The notes beneath the pieces were generated by a model. That model did not search any database, was not told where the DNA came from, and saw nothing but the letters and a program-made list of their open reading frames with translations. From NCBI GenBank assembly GCA_905178155.1, contig CAJINV010000011.1, positions 2,101,503 to 2,165,502 of the forward strand: DNA of 64,000 nucleotides, in the 5' to 3' direction. A program made the position numbers and the translations under genes. The stretch's first letter is position 1. Each line of letters begins with the position of its first letter. This DNA is from Amoebophrya sp. A120 (lineage: Eukaryota; Protista; Dinoflagellata). Positions 35,201-48,308 of this stretch are shown here, piece by piece.

Positions 35201-37943
35201 CGCCCTTTTCTCTCTCCGCAACTTCTTCTGCGGATTTGAACGGTGACTTTTCAACATCTCACAACCGGAGGGCGGGAACGACGAACAGCTCCTCGTCGAA
35301 CAAAGCCACACAGATTATGACACTGAACAACATTTTTGTAGTTCCCCGCCTGCGCATTTGTGACGCAAAGCGCCAAATTCATTATTCCCACCCGGCTTTT
35401 AAGTAGTTTTTGCATGTCAAGTTGTTCCAGAAGCGGCTATAAAGTTGAATTGCAGTTCCTAAGTAGAAGTTTGTCATGCCGCATTCACATTTCTCGGTTG
35501 GATGTGTTTTGTGCTGCCGACGCGTTTCAAAGCAGGAGACGGGAAAGTTGTCCGCTACCATACGAACCCCCACCAGCACGGAGAATGACCACTCGTTGGA
35601 GCTGCCATTAAATTCGCGTAAGCACCACACGAACAGCGGGCAGATGCTTGCGGCAGCAGCAGCAACATCCGGGAGGGCGGCCGCGGGCCCAACTACCTCT
35701 TCTTCGCAGCACAAGAGAGGGAGCACGGCCACGACCGTGAAGAGCGCGTACACTACGATAGAGAACGAAACGGTCGGAGCGGCAGGAGGGTTGTACTACA
35801 ACAACTCTGGAACAACGACAAGCCCGAGCAAACCCACTCTGCGCGGTATCATCAGCAAAACGAGGTCCGAGTTCAAGCCCACAGCGGGGTTGTTCGGCAC
35901 CGACGGAGCAGGAGGTGCCCTTGGCGGTCCAGAACAACTACCGCAGCAACAAAACACTACCTCGGCCACCCGCGCTGCGAGCCACTCCAACGTCGCTACC
36001 ATCTCTGGCACAACGGTAACAAACACGGAGAAGCATTCGCTGGCTACGCTGCGTGCCGCAGCGGCAAAGCGGAGTCAGAGCCATAACAGGAACAACAATG
36101 CTCGGAATAGTGAGCAGATGACTTCGAGCAAGGAGGAGGAGTGTGGGTCTCGGAATTCTTCGACCAACACCTCGCGTGGGGGCCGGATTTTCCCGGCAGA
36201 CAGTGCCAGTAATATCCCAGAGTCCTCCGACGACCAGGAACAGAACTATTTGAGTAGCAAGGAGAAAACGAACAGTTACGACGAGCTCGGGGAAAACCAA
36301 CTGTGGAAAGACGCACGGGCACGAATGGAGCGGAGGGATTTGGAGTTGCAGTTGTTTCACCCACCAAGCTCCTCCTCTGTCGGGGAGAAGACGCATACGG
36401 TGACCACCGTGTCCAAACCGGAGTTGCGAGCGGTTCCTGCGACTGGCGAGGACGACGTGCAAAATGCTGAACACGAGAGAAGTGTTTCTCTTGCTGTTGT
36501 GCGGGGGCAACAGGAGGGGGCACATCAGCCACGCGGGAACAACGAGCCGAGCCTCGTGCCGAGAAAAAGCCAGAACTACCTCATCAATCCTGACCGTTTG
36601 CAAGTGCAAGACCCGCTCCTCGATTGGCACCAGCGCTGGGAGGCCGTGGAGCAGGAAGAGCTGCGCTTGCCCCTGGAGGCGGTAGCGCAGATATTGCGAG
36701 CAAAAATCCCCCCTCCCCATATCAAAGCGAAATTTCTGATGCTGGGTTTGCGTACACAAATCAGCCTTGTCTTGCAGTAGGGGAGTGCAGGCCCATGGCA
36801 AGCCTGAGCGGAGAGGTTTTGGCGTAGGCGCTCACCATGACAAAAGTCTATGCTGTAGGCCCAACAGCATCACAAACCGCTGGCATAATGCGGGAAGTCT
36901 CCTGGGCTTGCCTTCTTGCAAGACAGACGCGATTTGTGACCACAAATAAGCATCACAAATTTCCAAAAATATACCTTTTCAATGTGGGGAGGGGGGATTT
37001 TTCCTTTCGATAGCAGAGAAGAGACCTTCATGCTCATCATCTGGAGCAACGAGACGTTTTGCAGCACAAGGCCGCGCCTTACCCTCGACAGCACGCCACG
37101 CCAGCTGGTCATGATTCTCATCACGGCGCCGCGCCTGCGAACAATGTGAACTACTCGGGTCGTGAGCAGCCGCAGCAGCAGAGACAGGAACACAGCAAGC
37201 ACAAAAACTTTGAACAGAACAAGCACTATCGCCCGCCGATGGATGGAGAGAACTACCCGGTTGTGATGGTGTCTTCATCATCTTCACGGGGGAAAACCAG
37301 CAGCGGAAATGGTACAACTGTTAAACACCCTGCTCCGCATCCAGGTACGGTGACCACCCCGAAATTCTCTATGCGGCTGGACGATTACAAGCCGGGCGGA
37401 CCCCTGAATCCCTCTCCGCGGGCCATGTTTTTCGGGGAAGTGGCAGGTCCTCGGACGAACAGGGTGGAAGAGGTACTTTAGTAGAGCCTCCTCAGCAGTT
37501 ACACTCTCAACTGTTACTCCACGTTGTCATGCAAAATTTGCGCCACATTTTCTTTTTCATCAAGCAACGCATCACAATGTTTGCAGGTGGCACCTCCTCC
37601 GACCAACATCGTCGAAGTGGAAATTCAAAGTGCAACCTTTTCGACTTCCCGGCCAGTACCTGCAAGTAGCCATGCCAAACACCACCACAGTACAACCAGC
37701 CGTGGCGCGGCTACTAGTGCAACAGCGTCGATGAAAGAGAAGCCAAAGGGGGACAAATTTGGCAAAGCATCTGCACAACACGCCGTTGTTGCAGGGCAAG
37801 GACAGCAGCAGCTGCATTCGCGCGTTCCCTCGTCCGACGTCGGGACGCCGAAGGCTTTGGAGCTCATTGAGGATTTTCGCTTTCGATTTTCTATTCCGGC
37901 GTCACCAGCGGCACGGGGTAGCAACAATGGGGGCCTGCCGTAA
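32264..37943 (+). CDS. Long multi-exon low-complexity (S/T/N/Q-rich) hypothetical protein
   Basis: Chain of same-strand ORFs (32264-, 33762-, 34581-, 35026-, 35476-, 37059-, 37524-37943) joined in frame across introners 34837 and 36692. Other junctions are unresolved, so this could be more than one gene. Confidence 0.55.
34837..35012. mobile_element. Introner, family F4
   Basis: TATGCGAGTGCACA ... TGTGCACAACTCGCATA; TSD CTCCG/CTCGG. Removal restores NSDRRVY. Confidence 0.9.
36692..37012. mobile_element. Introner, family F3
   Basis: TATTGCGAGCAAAAATCCCCCCTCCCCA ... TGGGGAGGGGGGATTTTTCCTTTCGATA; perfect TSD GCAGA. Confidence 0.95.
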
Positions 37944-40076
37944 GAGCAGGATGTATGGTCGTTTCGCAAGAACTACAGGCTGTATGGAGAAAATGTGTCG
38001 CGCTGTATCGTGTTGAATCTCGTCGCGTAGGTACTAGTAGTTTCCTTGAACTTTGCAGAAGATTCTGAGTCGTTATAAATTGCCGGTAGTAACTTTGGTC
38101 TGTATAGATTCATCAACGTTAAAGATCAAAATCACTCTTGGTTCATGAGCAATGTTGAGCCTCTACTTCTTGCCGCCGTCGTGGCTGGCGCATTTTTCGC
38201 GTCGTCGTGCTTCTGGGTTTGATAGAAGCAGGCAGAAGCTGCAAAAACCGCCTCTGGGGCTTGATGGCGTAGTTTCTGTGCGGTGTACTAGTAGAGCAGT
38301 GGCGCCGCCGCCAGAGCGCTACAAGTTTCATCCAGCTTCCGCTGTGTGCTTTGTTGGTTCCTCGGATCCTCCCACGCGCATGCAATTTTTCCAGATGGTC
38401 TCCCGACGACGCTGTCCGTGTAACATTCGATTCCAGGTTGTACTGCTTCAACCAATAGTATTATACCTTTGTGCTACGAAAATTATGTGATGCGTGCCCT
38501 GCTGTGCAGGTTTTTCTATCCTCAGGGTAAGTACGCAAATAAAACTTTTAAGACCTTGATATATTTCGACTCTGTAAATATAGTAATGGCTCGACGAGAT
38601 CACGCGATCAATGAAGAAACCACTGTGCTAGCTAGCCGCCGTTGGGTGGAGTGCCTTAATTTTTGTTTTGAAGGTGCAGGTGTGAAGTGGGTGTAAAATT
38701 TTTTTGTAGTAATCCTTCAACCATTCATTTTTCAGTTTCAAATCCGAGAAGATCCTATAGAGACACTTTATCGCAATAAACAAAACTTATATAGCCCCGT
38801 GTGATCACGATCATTACTTGCAGGACGACGCGCTAGCTGACGGCGAAGCGGTGACGGTTTTTTCTCCCTCTGGAAGGTAAACTAATAGTTTCGCATCTGA
38901 TTCTTGATCGATAGCAAGCAGAGGCGGAGCTTGATCTTGACAATGTTATCTATCAATTTCTACAAGAACACATCATGGTCTACTGTTTTTTCATGCATAA
39001 TTTCTTCTCTAACATGTCGACGTCTCATCCCAAATCGACGCTGGCTGCCCAAGTTGATGTAGTGACCCACAACAAGTCCGAGTGTCATTATGCCTCTTGC
39101 CGCCCTATCGCGCTGCAGGGCAGGGAGTTGCAGGCGTACCCAACCCGTGTAGTAGTTTAACGTATACGTACGGCTGCAGCTGCCCAACATGTTGTAGGGC
39201 GTTGTTTATTTACTTTAGAAAAATCATTCTTTTTTTTTTATCCATAAGAGGAATTTATTTTGTCGCCATCGCAGAGGGGGTATCATTCTCATATCGTCTT
39301 ATCATTTTCGTGTCGTCGTCGCAATTCGTATGATGAGTTTGGCTTTCTTTTTCCGCTACGCTACAGTAAAAAATTTTCTGGGCGAAATATTGTGCTATTT
39401 CGCCGGGTAGAACAAACATCAGGACGATATTGTTCAGAAAAAAACCTTAACAGCGCTTTCCATCGCAATAAATCTAGCCGCATTCGAGACACAGTAGTTG
39501 CCATAAACTTCTATTGGATTTTTTGGCGACCACTTCGTTGCTCCGCGCTTTTTGCTTTTCTATACTGAGCTGCGGTTCTGGAATTTCTTTCTCCTAAGAT
39601 CTTCACTATCGAATTTTGAGCAAATCTTCACGATCTTTCAACGAGATGATCTCGTGCACAGCAGTAGTTTGGATCAATTTCAAGAAGGCATCAAGCCGAA
39701 CGATCGACAAAGAAAGGATCTTCCGATCTGAAGATGCAAAAGATCTGTCTCGCTAAGGATCCACGAAGACTGTGATCCACTAATTTTTGGAGGTAATCCG
39801 ATAAAACTGGACCTTTTCTAAGTATTGCACGGTGTATTTTCTAAATGATCAAAACTTCCACCACGAGAAACTGTTCAATTTTTTTCCAGTGACCAAAAAG
39901 GCAAAAAAAAAAAATATCGAAGACCCTAGTCGCCTCGTTTAGTTGCTTTCAGAAAGGCTCGAACTACGTTGATAGCGGATAATTCCCAGGCAACATGGGT
40001 AGCAACTTCTAAGTAAGTGAGAAGACGATTTATTTTTTGCCAAGACTTCTTCTCTCCCAATCAGCGAAAAGGAAAA

Positions 40077-42688
40077 ATGCTTCCCAACCACGAGCAAGAG
40101 AGGAAGGTCGTCGTCGACGCGGGCGCGGCCATCAAATTGCAACGGATCGAGCAGTTTGGTTCGGAGTTTTTTACCACAGAAGAAGTACACAACGAGATCA
40201 AGGACACGCAGGCTCGGAGACATCTGCAAACTTTGCCGTTCGAACTGCAGCAGAAACAGCCTTTCAAGGACGACTATTTATTCGTATTTGATATTTTGCG
40301 CTGTGTGCTGCTGTTTCCAGCTCATTATTGATGTTGTTGCATACCAGAATCTTTACACAACATGTACATGCAGCTTGTGGTCGCGATTTTAATATTTCTA
40401 CAGCAATGACATGAAAATTTCTAAACGTTATTCACATTTTTTCGAACCAAATAGTACATCTCGTTCTTCTACTTCCCAGGTGAAGAAGTTTGCCACCGCG
40501 ACGGGTGATGTGGGTTTCTTGTCGCAGAACGATATGGGGCTGCTGGCGCTCGCGGTACGGTTGCACCGGGAATCCGGAAGCGAGATTCAGCTTCGGGACG
40601 AGCCGGAGATGGCGCAGGTGAGCAACCGAAGGGTGGCGTTCTCCTGGGCGCCGAGCGAGCAGCATTTCCGCAGCAACCCGCGGCTGAACAGTGTAGAAGG
40701 TGGAACTACCGGATTTAGTTGTTCCAGCTCTTTGTTGGACTCGACAACGGAGGTCGATGGGGAAGAGGATCATGATGACCGGTTCGACGACGAGGAGCCC
40801 GCGTTGTCAGAAATTGACGAGGAGGGGCGGGACGAGGACTCTGCGTCCGCCAGCCGGCCCTCTGAAGTTGCCGTGCCGGCGGAGGGCGAGGACGAGAGGG
40901 AAGATGACCTCAACAAGAAACCGCAACAAGAGCAGGCGTTTGCGGATGATGAGGAACAAGAGAACAAGGCGAATGAAAGAGTAGAAGACAGCAGCGAAAC
41001 CTTGCTCGGGGTCCCACCAGCGAGGACAGACGACGCCACCGAAGCGACGCCTGCACCGAAACCAACACCACCGCCTAGTTCTACCCCCGCCGCGCCGCAG
41101 AAGCCGCTCTCCTGGGCGCAGCGGGCCGCCGCGGCAAGGGACATCGTAGCCCCGGCAGTGCTGGACAACGATCCGCAGAACAAGGCGGGTACAAAAACTC
41201 GGGTGTTTGTGACGCCCGAGGTGGTGAAGGAGGAAGAGCCTGAAGAGAATAAGCTGCCAATGAAGTTGCTGTGTGCGTCAGAAGAAGAACCACGCTCAAC
41301 ACCTTCGGTACTACTATCGACCGATGGCAAAGACCAAGACGAAGACCAAAAAGTAACCATCAAGCCGAAAATCGAGGAGGGCAAATCGCGGATTCTGACC
41401 ACGGGCGCTGGCGTGCAGGATTTCATTATCAATCCTGATGAGGAATCGTCCGACTCGGATGACGATTGGAACAGTGGCTGGGTCACCTCAGAGAACATCA
41501 ACCGACTCCAGAATACGGTGGACGCCAACCACAAAACGGCAAACACATTGGACTCGCCGATCTCGGTGCTTTCCGCCGATTACTCCGTGCAAAACGTGGC
41601 GATTCAGATGGGCCTGCAAGTAGTCTCGCTCGACGGACTGCGGATCCGGAGCGTCAAGCTGTGGGGTATGGAATTTGTTTTTGAACATAATTTCTTGAAT
41701 AGTTTTGTCTGAAAGAATGCACACTCTTATATATAGTTCAACCGGCTTAACTTACGGCACAAGCAGGCTGCTAAAGAAGTCCCAGAAACATTCTTTTTCT
41801 ACTTAGCGGAATAAATATCGTCGTGCCAACATTTATCTTCACAGGTAAGATCTGCCGCGGTTGCTTTGCGACGACGCGGGACACGACAAAAATGTACTGT
41901 CCGAAGTGCGGCAACCCGACCCTGGACCGGTGTCCGTACACTTTGGACGCCGAGGGACGGGTGGTGATGCACGACAACAGGCGGAGAAAACCGAACCTGC
42001 GCGGAACCGTTTACTCGATCCCGAAGCGACGGGGCGGGAGAGGTATACTATAACTTAAGTGTGGGTTATTTAACGTCGAGTTGATGTGCTGGATTTCCAT
42101 TCGACAAGATGATCGTGATTTTTCTATAGAGCTAGCGTGTGATCGTGATGGAAATGAAAAATCCGAAGCTGCTATGATGAACCCTTTTCAATTCTCATAA
42201 GGTGGTCTGAAAAACAGATTCTGTTCTCGAATCGCCTTGTGTAGAACCTTCGTCTGCAATTCTGACATGCTGCACAAATGTTGTTTAAGTACATGCAAAA
42301 AGAACTCTGCAGCCATATTTATCATCCCTTGTTTGTGTGCAAAATTTTCGTTTGTGCCTCTACCTCGCAATAAAGCGGTAGCCTCTGTTGCAGCAAAAGC
42401 TATACGAATCTTCAAACCTGTCTCGCAGCTGCCGACCTGCTCTTACGTGAGGACGAGCAAGTGATGGGGGGTCGTGACCGGCAGATCCGATACGAACAGC
42501 GTTTGGCGGAAAAGCAGCAGCAGAAACGCGAAAAAGACGGGATTGACATTGTCGACGGGTGGTGCGCCCGGCACATCACCGGGACGGGCAACGCCGTGAA
42601 CCGGGGGCCGGGCAGCTTCAAGCACGGCTACGGGGGGAGAAGGAATCCCAACGCGAACAATTTCAAAACGCAGCGATTTAAGAAGTGA
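40077..42688 (+). CDS. NOB1: 20S pre-rRNA D-site endonuclease NOB1, 4 exons, canonical introns
   Basis: GT-AG introns 40284-40479, 41666-41844, 42043-42428. PIN motifs VVVDAGAAI, EVHNEIKD, FATATGD..LSQND, ADYSVQNV. Zn ribbon CRGC..CPKCGN, then RGTVYSIPK and LLLRED. Confidence 0.96.
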
Positions 42689-43277
42689 TGGAATTTCACT
42701 TCATTTTATTGCAAGTGACGTTTATTTTGTGCTTGACGATAAGATGTGATGTGAGGACATGAAGCTTCTTCCAAACGCTTACCTAACTGACAACGACGCA
42801 ACGAAAGATTGAGCACCGGCACGTAAAAGCACCTGCGACTTCTGAAGGTCGTGTTTGCAACTGGCAGTGAGCTGTTAAGAAGTGTTCCGACCAGCGCGTG
42901 GAAGTCTGAATCCACTTGAGGATCAAGAAATTAATTCAAAACCACCGATCTGCTTGCCAAAGCCCAATAAAAGGAAAAGAAGCATGTGGTAATGGTTAGT
43001 AAAGCCAAGTAGTAACGATTTTCGTCGCTGCAGATCTAGCTATTTCGGCACTGAATGCACTTCAGTACCAGAGCGCAAGACAGCGACACTCTTCAGAGAT
43101 AGAAATACTTAGATTATGTCATTTTTCATGACAGAATAGTACTTAGTAAAGTTCTTTTCAGTCTTTCTCGCGTAAAAAGAAGAGGCCGCTCGGGAGCCCG
43201 ACGCTCGTTCAACAACTGCGATACTAGTGCGAACACGACATCGATCTGAGTTCAGCTACACAACAGCACGAAAAATC

Positions 43278-44513
43278 ATGACGTTTCGTCGCAGCGCCAC
43301 GACTTTTGCCACCCTGAGCCGCCGGCTCTCAACCTCCTCCTCTCGAGGTGGAGCGACATCCGGTTTGGCTGCAGCAGTAGCCGGACGTGCAACTGCCGGG
43401 AGTTTGCATTCGCTTGCAAAGAACGTGGCAGTGGGGAGGTCCTTTCAGGCGACCTCGGCGGGACTTTCTCTCTTATCCAAAAACGACATCACGACTACAC
43501 CAGCAGCCGTCCAGCAACGGTGCTTTTCCGCCGCCGCTTCCGGGAAAACGGAAGAGACGCTGCTCGACGCGGTGAGCAAACATCTGAAGGACCGAATCGA
43601 GGACGTGAAAAAGGAGATGGAGGAAACCAACGCCGTATGAATTGCAATAGCATCGCACTTTAGTAGTAGAAATCGCATGACAAATTTCCGCAGCATAAGA
43701 AATGAAATTTGTAATGCGTTCTTAATAGCTTCAGAGAAGAATTTTTGTCATGCGTGATTGCGATCACCCTACGAGTGCGATGCTTTGGCAATGCATACGT
43801 TCCGAAGGAGAAGCTCGCGGCGCAGTTGGAATCTTTGCAGAAGCCCGTCACGATCAGCACGACGTGGGATGCCCTCGGGTTTGACGAGTTCGACCGGGTG
43901 GAAGTGTTGCTAGAGGTGGAAGAGGCGTATGGATTGCAAATATGTGACGGTCTGGAAAGTTGCAACTTGTGCTGCAGTCTTTGGACTCGAAAAAAATCTG
44001 TATTGCATGACCACCAAGAGGAGACCAGTTTGTGCTACGCGGAGAGGGCCGCGTTTGTCATGCGGAATGGGCAGCAGAAAGCCCGAAAAAAATCTGTGAT
44101 GCTCGGTCATGCACATTACAGGCATCATGGGTCACGGAAGACCTGCATGGTAAAGTCTTGCATTTCTCCAGAACGCCACACATGTTTGCAGTGGATAAAG
44201 CGTTTGGGGTCACGATTCCGGACGAGGAGGCGGACGCGATCGGGTCGGTGAAAGAGACACTGGACTGGCTGGAAAAAATATCCTGAGAAAAAAGTGTTAC
44301 AGTTACACATTGTGTTGCAGGCCAAGCAAGACAGACGAGCTCTGTGATGCCGGATGTGCATAGGAGCCTCCTTTCATAGCTGTTTTCCCGTAGGATTTCT
44401 GCATCGCAAGTTTTCTCTCTCATGCAGAGAAATTTGTGTTGCTGAATTGACAACAAATGTGTAACTGTAACACTTTTTTCGTGCGATAAAAAAACTTGGA
44501 AACCAAAGAATGA
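43278..44513 (+). CDS. Divergent mitochondrial acyl carrier protein, 4 exons split by 3 introners
   Basis: R/S/A-rich presequence ending QQRCFS. ACP core LGFDEFDRVEVLLEVEEAFGVTIPDEEADAIGSVKETLDWL. Stop TGA 44511-44513. Confidence 0.88.
43636..43797. mobile_element. Short introner
   Basis: TATGAATTGCAATAGCATCGCACT ... AGTGCGATGCTTTGGCAATGCATA; TSD eroded (CGCCG/CGTTC). Frame is restored on removal. Confidence 0.88.
43928..44197. mobile_element. Introner, family F1 (diverged)
   Basis: TATGGATTGCAAATATGTGACGGTCTGGA ... TCCAGAACGCCACACATGTTTGCAGTGGATA; TSD AGGCG/AAGCG. Confidence 0.92.
44279..44488. mobile_element. Introner, family F6
   Basis: TATCCTGAGAAAAAAGTGTTACAGTTACACATT ... AATGTGTAACTGTAACACTTTTTTCGTGCGATA; TSD AAAAA. 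Confidence 0.93.
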
Positions 44514-45220
44514 GCAACTTTATTCATTCTACTCGTGGAGCAGCGCTCATCTAGAAGCTACTTTGAATAAATAAGTCCGCGAAAATCATGTAGAGTTCGT
44601 TTATTTATTGTACCAGGCGACTGACTTTGAAGAGTTCTTCATGAAAAAGACCACCTGTAGTTCTTACAAGGTAAAGGTTGCCCCTACCACTTACAGCGAC
44701 GATGTGCTGGTTTCCTCGGAAAACTATAAATCTGCACTTCGCACGAAACCATTTTCCTTGTTGCGCCGTAGCAAAAATTCTGGTCTTGTGGTCGTGTGAG
44801 GGCCACTTATGTGATGTTGTTAACCAGCAGGAATTCATAATAATCTGACTTTCATTGTTCCACTCACAGCGACTGTCAGTCCGTTATCGCCAGTGGGAAA
44901 TGTGGTCTTCATCTTCTGTATCATGTGAAGATGCTTCGGTTCACATAAGATAGATGCCGCCTGTGCTTTTACCCCGCATGATCCCCGAGTGGCTGTTTCG
45001 TAAAATCATTTGAGTGCCGGCCGGTGCCTTCTGAATTATTCGAAGAATTTGCCTATACGAAAAGATCAGTGTTCGCAAGACATCCTTGTGACGATCCTAT
45101 TCAAAGAAACAGTACTGCGCGTTGACCAAGATCACGATGAGGTGTTGGTGACGAAAAAGTTTCTTTTCTTCCATCAGAAGACCGTCAAGATTTTACAATT
45201 TTAATGCTACAAAGAAACAA

Positions 45221-46418
45221 ATGAGCATCAACCCCACCCTGGCGGAGGACCAGGTCACCAAGGAGCTCTTCCCCCTCCCCCGTCCCGGCGAGGTTTTCAT
45301 CCTCAAACGCGAGAACATTTTTTTCGAGTCCGCGTCCAGGAAAGCAAGATGCAAGGCACTGGGGCTGTTCATGCTGTCCTCCCAGCGGTTTGTGTTTGTT
45401 GCCCAGAAGGACAAAAATAACGAGGATATAACCCTCTCAGGTGTTACAATCTCAAACGTTGCAATAGAATCTGGAAATCTGTAATGCAAGAACTGCATGA
45501 TCTAGCCTACGCCAATAAGATTGCGCATGACAAGTTTCGGAGTCCCAAACCCACCTGAAATCTGGCGAAATTTGTATTGCGAAAAGCTCAGTTCTCTATA
45601 CGTTCCTCATGCTCTTCATGCAATACAAAATCCAGATTCTATCGTAACGTTCGAGATTGTAACGTTTGAGCGGGCCATAGAGGATTTTGGCAGTTTCGAG
45701 ATTCCGATGGACAGTATTCTGAAGCAGGAATTTATGCAAGAAAAAAACTGTGTAAGTGTAACTCTGTAATGCACAAAGTGCAAAACTGTTACACCTGTCA
45801 TGCCAGACAACCACGCAGTCCTCTTTTCATGTGTGTTTTCTCTTGTAAGCCACGCATGACAGGATTTCTCTGTCATGTAGAGCAAATTTGTGATGCTGTC
45901 AGCCAAAGAAAGTTACACTAACACAGTTTTTTTCTCGGATAGAATTCCAGCAGCCCATCTTCGGCTGCAACTACCTCGAACTGCAGGTCACCAGCACGGA
46001 CCCGAGCATCACGGGCGACACCAATTTCCCGATTTACCTCTACTTCTACGAGGGTGGTGCGGGCACCTTTCTGCAGGTGTTTTTCAAGTTCTTCGTGGAG
46101 GTACAGCGGCGGCGCGGCGAGGCGAACAGCCAAAACGGGTTAGCGCAGGTGGCCGTGCAGTTAGTGAATAACCGGCACGCCTACGTCGACCGGAGCGACC
46201 CGTCGACCTTCTACCTGCAGCAGCCACAGACTGCTGGCGCGGCGGGAGAGAATGTCGATCGGTCAACAGCGACGGAGCAGGAGGGCACAGACATCGGGCA
46301 TGTAGGCGGTGGTGGTCCGAGTGGTTCGGGGGGAGAGCAAGAAGTGCCTAATACTGCGTTTCCCGGGACAACAAGTGGAGCGTTTCCCGGGCGAGGACAT
46401 GTGTTGGGGGACAGTTGA
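45221..46418 (+). CDS. WW-domain-binding protein 2-like (GRAM/PH-like) protein, 3 exons split by 2 introners
   Basis: MSINP start, GLFMLSSQRFVFV, FGSFEIPM, EFQQPIFGCNYL, LYFYEGGAGTF, AYVDRSDPSTFYLQQP. Confidence 0.85.
45427..45679. mobile_element. Introner, family F5
   Basis: Perfect TSD GAGGA. 253 bp, close copy of 13773-14025. Confidence 0.96.
45733..45941. mobile_element. Introner, family F6
   Basis: TATGCAAGAAAAAAACTGTGTAAGTGTAACT ... AGTTACACTAACACAGTTTTTTTCTCGGATA; perfect TSD GAATT. Confidence 0.95.
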
Positions 46419-46940
46419 CAGAGATGGAGGAGGGAGAATTTAATAGCAGCTAAAGAAACAGTAACAGACAATGAACAAAGCACATCTTCTTCGCCTTCGG
46501 CACATATCATAGCAATCCGCAGGACGACCTCCCGGAGGTGGCGCATGAAAAAGGTGCGAGGATTTGCACACAAGAGCAAGTGTGTGACACCGTCTTGTTT
46601 AAAGGCTCCAGCGCGTGTTCACCCTTGCATTACAGTTCTTTTACGTTTTCTCTCGCTCGACCCATCCTACCGCCCGTGTGTTTTGAAGGCGTAGGAATTA
46701 TTACGTAAGGACCCGAGCTCGTGATTTTTATGGATATTGTCCGTCAGAAATACTCCGCTAAACATGCTGATTTAGAATAAGTACCCAACGTATTTTGACG
46801 TTTTGGCAGAACAAGATGGAACGAGTTTTCACCACCAAACCGCAGCAAGCAGGTAGATCGGCCGTCGGATTGGCGGCTATTTGGGACAGGATAAACATGA
46901 TTTCTTTTTCCAACTAGGGACCACGCACACTAGATCTTCA

Positions 46941-48308
46941 ATGATGAGCAGCACAAGTTCAACGTCCGCCCTTGCCCGCCGCCGCATCGGCGAGATTTTC
47001 CAACAAAGCGCATTGGCCCCCGCCACGTCCTCTTCTTCTTCCTCCTCAACAACTAAACCCGCCGCAGTTTTCGGCGTGGAGTTCGTTCCCGCGGACGACA
47101 AAACCGTCTATCAACTGTAAAAATGTTTGGGTCTGGAAGATTCTGACAGTTGTCATGCACGTTTTGCATGAGCCCTGATGTCTGTGATGCATGCCCTAGC
47201 ATCACAGATTTTTTGAGAGCTTCTCGATGCCTATTCCGCATGATAAATGCCCTCTTCGCGTAGCAAAAATTACATTCCCTTTGGTACTCATGCAAGACAG
47301 ATTTTTTTGGAATCCAAATGCAGCATCTCAAATTGCATTCTTCCAGACCCAGACATTTTTACATTTGATACCGTCGTGGCGCAGCGGATTTCCCGAACGC
47401 AGAAATGGCAGCCCGCCTGGGTCGGGGTCACGTGGCACGTGACGCAGGCGGACCAGAGCAGAAAAACGCTGCAGTTGGTGCAGAATTTGACGCAAAACAC
47501 GGAGTTGAACTGCATGATGCACCTGACCTGCCGCGACATGACCAAAACCCAAATCCGCGAGGTGCTCGACCAGTGCAAAGCGCTGGGCGTGCGAAACATT
47601 CTGGCCTTGCGGGGCGACGGCATGACGGCGGGAACCCCGAAGGGGGATCATGGGGGTGCCACTACCAGTACCTCCTCTTCGCCGGTCACGACCGAGGCAG
47701 CGGTGGAGGGAACAGGTTGTGAAGTAGACGATAAAAATGTAGTGAACAAAAACCACTCCGACCAGCAGTTTCAATACGCGATCGAATTGATTCAGTTCAT
47801 CCGCACGGAATACGGCGATTTTTTCGGCATTGCGTGTGCGGGGTACCCGGAGATGCACCCAGATTCCAAGCAGGATTTGGAAAAGGACATTTTCTTTTTG
47901 AAGCAAAAAGTAGCCGCCGGCGCGGACGTGATCATTACCCAGTTTTTCTACGACGTGGGGAAATTTTTCGAGTTCAAAATACAGTGTCGGAAGAGTGGGA
48001 TCGAGTGTCCGATAATACCGGGCATCATGCCGATTACGAGTTACGCCCGGCTGGGAAAGATCAACCGGTGGAACCCCACGGCGGCGGTTCCGGCGGCCTT
48101 GCGAGAGGAACTGGAGAAGCGGAAGGAGGATGGTGCTGCGTTGCGCGCGTTTGGCATCGAGGAGTGTGTGAGAAGTTGTAGATTGCTGTTGGAAGAGGAG
48201 TATGGGGCTGCAGAGGGGGAAAAGTTCTTGCCAGGGTTGTACTTCTTCACGTTGAATCAAGATGATGTGATACATGAAATTTTGAAAGCTTTGAAGCTGG
48301 TGGAATGA
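46941..48308 (+). CDS. MTHFR: Methylenetetrahydrofolate reductase, catalytic domain only, 2 exons
   Basis: MMHLTCR, GVRNILALRGD, GIACAGYPEMHP, LKQKVAAGADVIITQFFYD, PIIPGIMPI, GLYFFTLN. Confidence 0.93.
47109..47370. mobile_element. Introner, family F1
   Basis: TATCAACTGTAAAAATGTTTGGGTCTGGAAGA ... TCTTCCAGACCCAGACATTTTTACATTTGATA; perfect TSD CCGTC. Confidence 0.96.
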
